From contig JAYTUL010000042.1 in assembly GCA_043744555.1 (NCBI GenBank), positions 5,854 to 69,853 on the forward strand: a stretch of 64,000 bases of DNA, read 5' to 3'. Source of the stretch: a bacterium (GTDB lineage Bacteria; Patescibacteriota; Minisyncoccia; Phycocordibacterales; UBA6899). The notes below the pieces were generated by a model. It worked only from the letters and a program-made list of their open reading frames with translations. It did not search any database and was not told where the DNA came from. Shown one piece after another: positions 58,978 to 64,000 of the stretch; position 1 is the first letter of the stretch; each line of letters starts with the position of its first letter. The position numbers and the translations under genes were made by a program.

Positions 58978-59730
58978 ATGATCACTGCCGCCGCCGCAAT
59001 CGTCATGCTTTTTCTCTCGGGTTTTCGTATCGTTCAGCAATACGAACTCGGTGTCGTGTTCCGCTTTGGAAAGATCATCGGTACACGCGAGCCCGGACTC
59101 AATTGGGTCATACCTATGGTCGATATTCTCCGAAAGGTTGACCTGCGCGTGGTCACGCTTCCGGTGCCCGCACAAAAGATCATTACCAAAGATAATGTCT
59201 CTGTCGATATTTCTGCGGTCGCGTATTTCAAAATCGTCGACGCGGTGAAGAGTATTGTTGCTATCCAGAACGTGCATGATGCGATCAATCAGATCGCTCA
59301 GACATCACTTCGCAATATTGTTGGCAAGTTTCAGCTCGACGAGATCCTTTCTGAGCGTGAGATCATTAATGCTGAGATAACAAAGATCCTTGATACCTAC
59401 ACTGAGCAGTGGGGAGTGGTTGTGAGTGCGGTTGAGATCAAAGACATCGAGCTTCCTCCAGATATGCAGCGCGCTATCGCAAAGCAGGCAGAAGCCGAGC
59501 GAGAGAAGCGCGCGAAAGTTATTTCAGCAGAAGGAGAATTTCTCTCTGCACAGAAACTCGCTGACACTGCTGACATCATGATGGCTCACCCGATTGCGCT
59601 ACAGTTACGCAACTTGCAGACGTTGGCCGAAATAGCAACTGAGAAGAACTCAACGATCATCTTCCCTGCACAGCTGATGGGTACAATAAGTGACATCCAG
59701 CGTTTCATGGGCGAGGAAAAAGGAAGGTAG
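58978..59730 (+). CDS. SPFH/stomatin (slipin) family protein
   Basis: [42 protein letters not shown]. Confidence 0.93.
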   Translation: MITAAAAIVMLFLSGFRIVQQYELGVVFRFGKIIGTREPGLNWVIPMVDILRKVDLRVVTLPVPAQKIITKDNVSVDISAVAYFKIVDAVKSIVAIQNVHDAINQIAQTSLRNIVGKFQLDEILSEREIINAEITKILDTYTEQWGVVVSAVEIKDIELPPDMQRAIAKQAEAEREKRAKVISAEGEFLSAQKLADTADIMMAHPIALQLRNLQTLAEIATEKNSTIIFPAQLMGTISDIQRFMGEEKGR

Positions 59731-59827
59731 ATACATAAAGTCGAGCTAAGAATAATTATCGGTCATCACTTTCTCTGAAATAGCTGACACAGAAACGCTC
59801 CAGCAATTGAGCGATTTTGTAGTGTGA

Positions 59828-60646
59828 TTATTTAATCAGCACACTGCGCATTGAGATTGAGCCATGCACAAGTCCCGTGATCGGAAAGCTTGCAACCTCA
59901 TCGACTTCTTGTAAGCCCAAAATGTAAAGCAGTGGCCAGTAATGATCAGGTGTGGGTATCGAAAGTAAAGCTGCATGCCCGAGTTTCTCGTAGTGTATAA
60001 GAGCGCCATGATTTCTGTCACCGATATATCCGCTCGCACTGTCATCGAATTCTTGTGCCCAGTCGAACGCTTTTGCATCTCCACTAAAGTCTATACGGCC
60101 AAGATTATGGACAATATTTCCGCTTCCGATGATAAGCACGCCCTTTTCACGCAATATCGTGAGTTGTTTGCCCAGTTCGTAGTGAAACTGCGATGGTTTA
60201 GAAATGTCGATGCTCATTTGAAATACAGGAATATCAGCTTTGGGGTACATGCGGTGGAGGACTATCCATGTGCCGTGGTCAATTCCCCAGTCAAGATCGT
60301 CTTCTACTTGCACACCGATAATCGTTTTCTTTGCGATCCCTGCATAGAATGGCGAACCCGGACATGGATAGTTGAGATCGTAAAGTTCTTTGGGGAAACC
60401 CAAGAAGTCATGTATTGTCTTCGGTTTTTGCGCCATGTGTACGAATGTTCCCTCAGTTAGCCAGTGAGCTGATATGGCAAGAATGGCCTGTGGATGGGGG
60501 ATGTCAGCGGCCATATTTTTCCAACCTAAAGTGAAAGAGTTGTCATCGATGCCGTTCATTGGGCTGCCATGACCGACAAATAGCACCGGCATGCGTGGGG
60601 TGAGCGGCAGTTCGTCTGTATTGTGTACGAATTCATTGATGGTCAT
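59828..60646 (-). CDS. ygiD: 4,5-DOPA dioxygenase extradiol (LigB family)
   Basis: PVLFVGHGSPMN, ISAHW, DHGTW, GSGNIVHNL, PTPDHYWPL. Confidence 0.9.
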   Translation of the reverse strand: MTINEFVHNTDELPLTPRMPVLFVGHGSPMNGIDDNSFTLGWKNMAADIPHPQAILAISAHWLTEGTFVHMAQKPKTIHDFLGFPKELYDLNYPCPGSPFYAGIAKKTIIGVQVEDDLDWGIDHGTWIVLHRMYPKADIPVFQMSIDISKPSQFHYELGKQLTILREKGVLIIGSGNIVHNLGRIDFSGDAKAFDWAQEFDDSASGYIGDRNHGALIHYEKLGHAALLSIPTPDHYWPLLYILGLQEVDEVASFPITGLVHGSISMRSVLIK

Positions 60647-61163
60647 ATCTCGAAGTATCGCATGCGTAACAATTATTTTCTATGAATCATCTAATTCAGA
60701 GCTAAAAGTGGATAACTTCGTAACACTATAGTCATGGAGCGTATATAATGAATATAATATTTTCGCATCATGCGTACTGCGTGTTCTACCTGAAATAGAT
60801 AAGCAAATAGTACGTAGTGTGTGAAATCCATCCCAAAAAATGGTTTCTCCCACACTGCAGCTCCTATGAGTCGAAATGAGTGCATGACGGAAAAAACGGC
60901 ATGTATAGAGTTTTGGATCAATCATCTTTCGTATCGAAACTGACCGAACCATCCTTTTTGCTACAACAACAAGAGAGAAGGGGAAGTGGAGAGATACAGA
61001 GGAGCTATTTCTTTTGGGCTTGTCGGAAAAATGTTTGAGAACACAAGAAGCGATGGATATGATCTAACAATTTTCATATCCTGCCAAATCGCCGCTTTTG
61101 AGATGGGTATTATGTAGATACACATCAAAAAGGGTGCATGTTCATCGAAAGATGGCGCCAAGC

Positions 61164-61207
61164 AAAATATAAAACCGCATTGTAGGCACAATGCGGTTTT
61201 ATATTTT
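61164..61207. terminator. Perfect 20-bp stem terminator
   Basis: AAAATATAAAACCGCATTGT-aggc-ACAATGCGGTTTTATATTTT. Confidence 0.75.
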
Positions 61208-61234
61208 AAAAAATTCAAATGTTTAATCAAAAAG

Positions 61235-61342
61235 TTATTCAATTGTGAACAAGTAAATGGTAATGATGACGGTGATTGCGGTAGCGAAATGCCATCCAAG
61301 GACCAGAGGAGAATTAACAAAGAATTGAAACAAGGTGTACAT
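61235..61342 (-). CDS. 35-aa hydrophobic small protein
   Basis: GGAGGGGGT-ATG; MYTLFQFFVNSPLVLGWHFATAITVIITIYLFTIE*; terminator 27 nt downstream. Confidence 0.55.
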   Translation of the reverse strand: MYTLFQFFVNSPLVLGWHFATAITVIITIYLFTIE

Positions 61343-61454
61343 ACCCCCTCCATAGGTGAAACCGTATTCACGCTAACGCCGAAGCAAAGATTTGCAAATG
61401 CTGAGATTGAGGGTGCACAATGAAGTAATTCTTAATCTCAGCTATAATGCCTTG

Positions 61455-62456
61455 GTGAACAAGAATATTTTCATATTTTCATTTATGTTTCTTGCCGCTT
61501 CTGCCATGTTGGGTTTTTTCTTAGGATATTATTTGGCAAAAGGTGACTACGACAAACAGATCTCATCTGCAGGCCCACTTCGCGAGGGGATGTCAGGTCA
61601 TAAGTTCATCAACCCGCTTCTTGCCTGCAATCTCCCAGAGGCCAAAAACGTTGATGAATATACAGGTCTTGAAAAAAATCTCAACGCAATGATCGAACAA
61701 AAGAAGTCAGAACACGCAGTTAACGCTGTTTCGCTCTACCTTATTCGCAACGGATTATGGGTAGGAATCAACGAAAATGTGAAGTATGAACCTGCAAGCA
61801 TGCTCAAGGTAGTTCTCATGATCGCATATTTAAAACAAAAAGAGACGCATCCCGACCTTTTTTCACAAAAGTTACTCTACACTCCGGAAATTAAACACAT
61901 TTCTGACCAGATACCTTTTCAGGCGAGTTCATCATTTGTGGTAAGTAATAGGTATTCTGTCGATGAGTTGATAAATAAAATGATTATTGATTCTGACAAT
62001 ACGGCTATGTATACGCTCCTTTCAAGTATCAATGAGAATTCATTGAATGATGTGTATACCGATCTGGGTATCTCAACCCCGGACAATATGGGAGTCTATA
62101 AAATATCCGCGAAGTCTTATTCGCTGTTTTTTCGCATACTTTATAATGCCACCTATCTTAATCGCGAGGATTCTGAATTTGCTCTGGCTTTATTGTCGAA
62201 AGCTCACTTCGAAGATGGAATTGTTGCCGGTCTTCCTAAAGACACCTTGGTTTCGCATAAATATGGAGAAAGAGCCCTGTCAGCACCTGACGGAAGCATT
62301 TCAGGGGTTGAGCTCCATGATTGTGGCTTCATATACCCGCCAAGCGGAGATAAGCCATATTTTTTATGCGTTATGACCGAGGGAGATACCCCAGAGGGCG
62401 TGAAGGGAGCCATAAGTGCAATTTCTTCCTATGTGTATGGTCAGCTGGTGAAATAA
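61455..62456 (+). CDS. Serine hydrolase, class A beta-lactamase-like fold
   Basis: PASMLK (SxxK), SDN, HKYG, HDCG; N-terminal TM; GTG start 6 nt after TATAAT. Confidence 0.85.
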   Translation: MNKNIFIFSFMFLAASAMLGFFLGYYLAKGDYDKQISSAGPLREGMSGHKFINPLLACNLPEAKNVDEYTGLEKNLNAMIEQKKSEHAVNAVSLYLIRNGLWVGINENVKYEPASMLKVVLMIAYLKQKETHPDLFSQKLLYTPEIKHISDQIPFQASSSFVVSNRYSVDELINKMIIDSDNTAMYTLLSSINENSLNDVYTDLGISTPDNMGVYKISAKSYSLFFRILYNATYLNREDSEFALALLSKAHFEDGIVAGLPKDTLVSHKYGERALSAPDGSISGVELHDCGFIYPPSGDKPYFLCVMTEGDTPEGVKGAISAISSYVYGQLVK

Positions 62457-62497
62457 AATTTGTAACCTTATAGTGATGACCTCCCAAGATCGATATT

Positions 62498-62525
62498 TGA
62501 CTTTATTTTCGTCTTCGCATAGTAT
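62498..62525 (+). promoter_or_regulatory. Sigma70-type promoter upstream of rpsS
   Basis: TTGACT at 62498 and TAGTAT ending at 62525. Confidence 0.6.
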
Positions 62526-62558
62526 TGCAACCAAGGTAATTCAATAGTTTTTTCAACT

Positions 62559-62742
62559 ACGCCGTGGGAGGATCAGGGGTGTGAGTGTGAGGCATTTTGG
62601 GAACCCGTCAGACGGGAGCCTCACACGCAAGACCTTTAGAGGTTTTTTCTGAAAAACCCAAAAGGTATACTGCTCCTGTAAGGAGCCGGTATCCAAGGCG
62701 TGAGGAGAAGTTATCTGGGGAACCGCACAGCGGAAACCTAGA
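62559..62742 (+). ncRNA. Structured leader / candidate ncRNA upstream of rpsS
   Basis: Closing stem ACGCCGTGG/CCAAGGCGT encloses three hairpins, followed by a fourth hairpin. Family not recognised. Confidence 0.5.
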
Positions 62743-62783
62743 AATACTATTAAAAATCCTAAATAAAATCGAATTAACGACAT

Positions 62784-63131
62784 ATGACACGATCACTCAA
62801 AAAAGGACCATACGTATACGAGAAACTCCTCAAGAAGATAGAGGGGAAGAAACCTGACGCAGCCGGAGTCATCAAGACATGGGCACGCGCATCACAGATC
62901 GCGCCTGAGATGGTCGGATACACATACGGAGTCCATAACGGAAAAGATTTTATTGAGGTCAAGGTAACCGAAGACATGGTAGGTCATCGCCTTGGAGAAT
63001 TCTCACTAACTCGCAAATTCCATCGCCATGGAGGAAAAATGCAAAAGGATCTTGAAACAAAACAAAAACAAGCCGAGATTGATTCAGCCAAATCAGCGAA
63101 AGCAGCTTCTGAGGGAGCGAAGAAAAAATAA
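62784..63131 (+). CDS. rpsS: 30S ribosomal protein S19
   Basis: [30 protein letters not shown]. Confidence 0.97.
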   Translation: MTRSLKKGPYVYEKLLKKIEGKKPDAAGVIKTWARASQIAPEMVGYTYGVHNGKDFIEVKVTEDMVGHRLGEFSLTRKFHRHGGKMQKDLETKQKQAEIDSAKSAKAASEGAKKK

Positions 63132-63155
63132 ACCCTAAATTAAACTACAGCCAAC

Positions 63156-63620
63156 ATGCAAGCAACCGCCAAATTATCTGACTATAGACAAGCACCTCGC
63201 AAGGTACGCCTTGTGGCAGATCTCGTGCGCGGAAAGACTGTTGAGAATGCTTTACTTGAGCTCAATTTTCGTGCGAAGCGCGCCGCTCCTGTTTTTGCAA
63301 AGCTCATACAGTCAGCCGTCGCAAATGCTAAGGCTCAAGGTATCGATATCGCGACCCTTATCGTAAAAGAAATTCGTGTTGATAAGGGCGCGATTCTTAA
63401 GCGTAACCGCCCTCGTGCACAAGGTCGCGCATTCCCAATTCACAAGCATACAAGCCATATTATGCTTACTCTTACCGATGACCCCGTTGCCAAGAGAGGA
63501 AAGGCGAAGAAGCTCGCAAATATGACAAAAGAGGTAAAGCTTGAAGCAAGCTCTGAAGTAAAGTCGAAGACCACCGCGATAAAGAAGCCTGCAAAGAAGA
63601 TAGTCACAAAAACAAAATAA
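63156..63620 (+). CDS. rplV: 50S ribosomal protein L22
   Basis: PRKVRLVADLVRGK, SAVANA, PRAQGRA, TSHI. Confidence 0.97.
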   Translation: MQATAKLSDYRQAPRKVRLVADLVRGKTVENALLELNFRAKRAAPVFAKLIQSAVANAKAQGIDIATLIVKEIRVDKGAILKRNRPRAQGRAFPIHKHTSHIMLTLTDDPVAKRGKAKKLANMTKEVKLEASSEVKSKTTAIKKPAKKIVTKTK

Positions 63621-63649
63621 TTAACTCAATTTAAAAGAAATTCCACGTT

Positions 63650-64000
63650 ATGTCTCATCATGTCCATCCATATGCTCACCGTTTAGGAATCCTTCGTGAC
63701 TGGAAGTCGCGCTGGTTTGCTGATAGCGGAATGTACCAAGAGTATTTGAAGGGCGACATCCTTTTGCGTGACTACTTGGTCAAGCGCCTCCGCGGTATGC
63801 ATGTTGCTGATATTGAAATGGAGCGCAATGACAAGATGTGGAAAGTGGTCGTTAAGACTGCACGCCCAGGACTTATCATCGGCCGCAGTGGTGAGGGTGC
63901 AACAAAGCTTCGCGCTGAAGTAGTATCTCGCCTAGCGCGCTGGAAGATAAAGACCCCAAAGGAATTTCGTATTGATATTGAAGAAGTACGCAATCCAGAA
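63650..64000 (+). CDS. rpsC: 30S ribosomal protein S3, truncated by the window end
   Basis: Not in the ORF track. MSHHVHPYAHRLGILRDWKSRWF...TARPGLIIGRSG...IEEVRNPE. Confidence 0.96.
   Translation, partial: MSHHVHPYAHRLGILRDWKSRWFADSGMYQEYLKGDILLRDYLVKRLRGMHVADIEMERNDKMWKVVVKTARPGLIIGRSGEGATKLRAEVVSRLARWKIKTPKEFRIDIEEVRNPE

Noticed and set aside
60961-61371. 136-aa minus-strand ORF from the track
   Set aside because: It reads through a strong terminator and has no protein-like features; the 35-aa ORF in another frame has the SD and terminator.
1-64000. CRISPR array, rRNA, transposase, integrase or prophage
   Set aside because: No regularly spaced direct repeats, rRNA-like stretch or recognisable mobile-element or phage proteins.
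1-64000. Alternative genetic code (TGA = Gly or Trp)
   Set aside because: Conserved genes such as rplK end in TGA at the expected position and none are broken by internal TGA.

Overview
A 64-kb chromosomal segment of a small-genome bacterium, most consistent with Patescibacteria/CPR of the Parcubacteria type. This is inferred from: secE-nusG-rplK with no rplA after it, alpha2-type GlyRS, type-2 IleRS with an inserted domain, typical CPR secreted proteins, and TGA used as stop (so not code 25). The left part (1-29 kb) is accessory envelope, redox and metal genes: two ECF sigma factors, a two-component pair, an FMN-binding/ApbE/RnfD-FNR flavinylation operon plus an FAD-linked oxidase, Fur+ZIP, two Cys/His-repeat secreted proteins, mscL, DedA, an LD-transpeptidase fusion and several pseudogenes. 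The right part is mostly housekeeping: clpB, murD, glmS, secE, nusG, rplK, dCMP deaminase, tmk, argS, ileS, recO, glyQS, rpsS-rplV-rpsC. The most unusual signal is a set of ~100-200-nt imperfect palindromic elements with no transposase in the window. Several share core motifs and sit 3' of genes in a fixed orientation. An architecturally similar hairpin lies in frame inside ileS, and another structured insert splits a tRNA-Pro(TGG) anticodon arm. Also notable are pervasive -10 boxes 6-7 nt before start codons (leaderless mRNAs), a multi-branched RNA leader before a split S10 operon, a DnaA-box cluster and two unannotated small ORFs with their own terminators. No CRISPR array, rRNA, intact tRNA, transposase or prophage was recognised. 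All calls are by eye from motifs; no searches were run.
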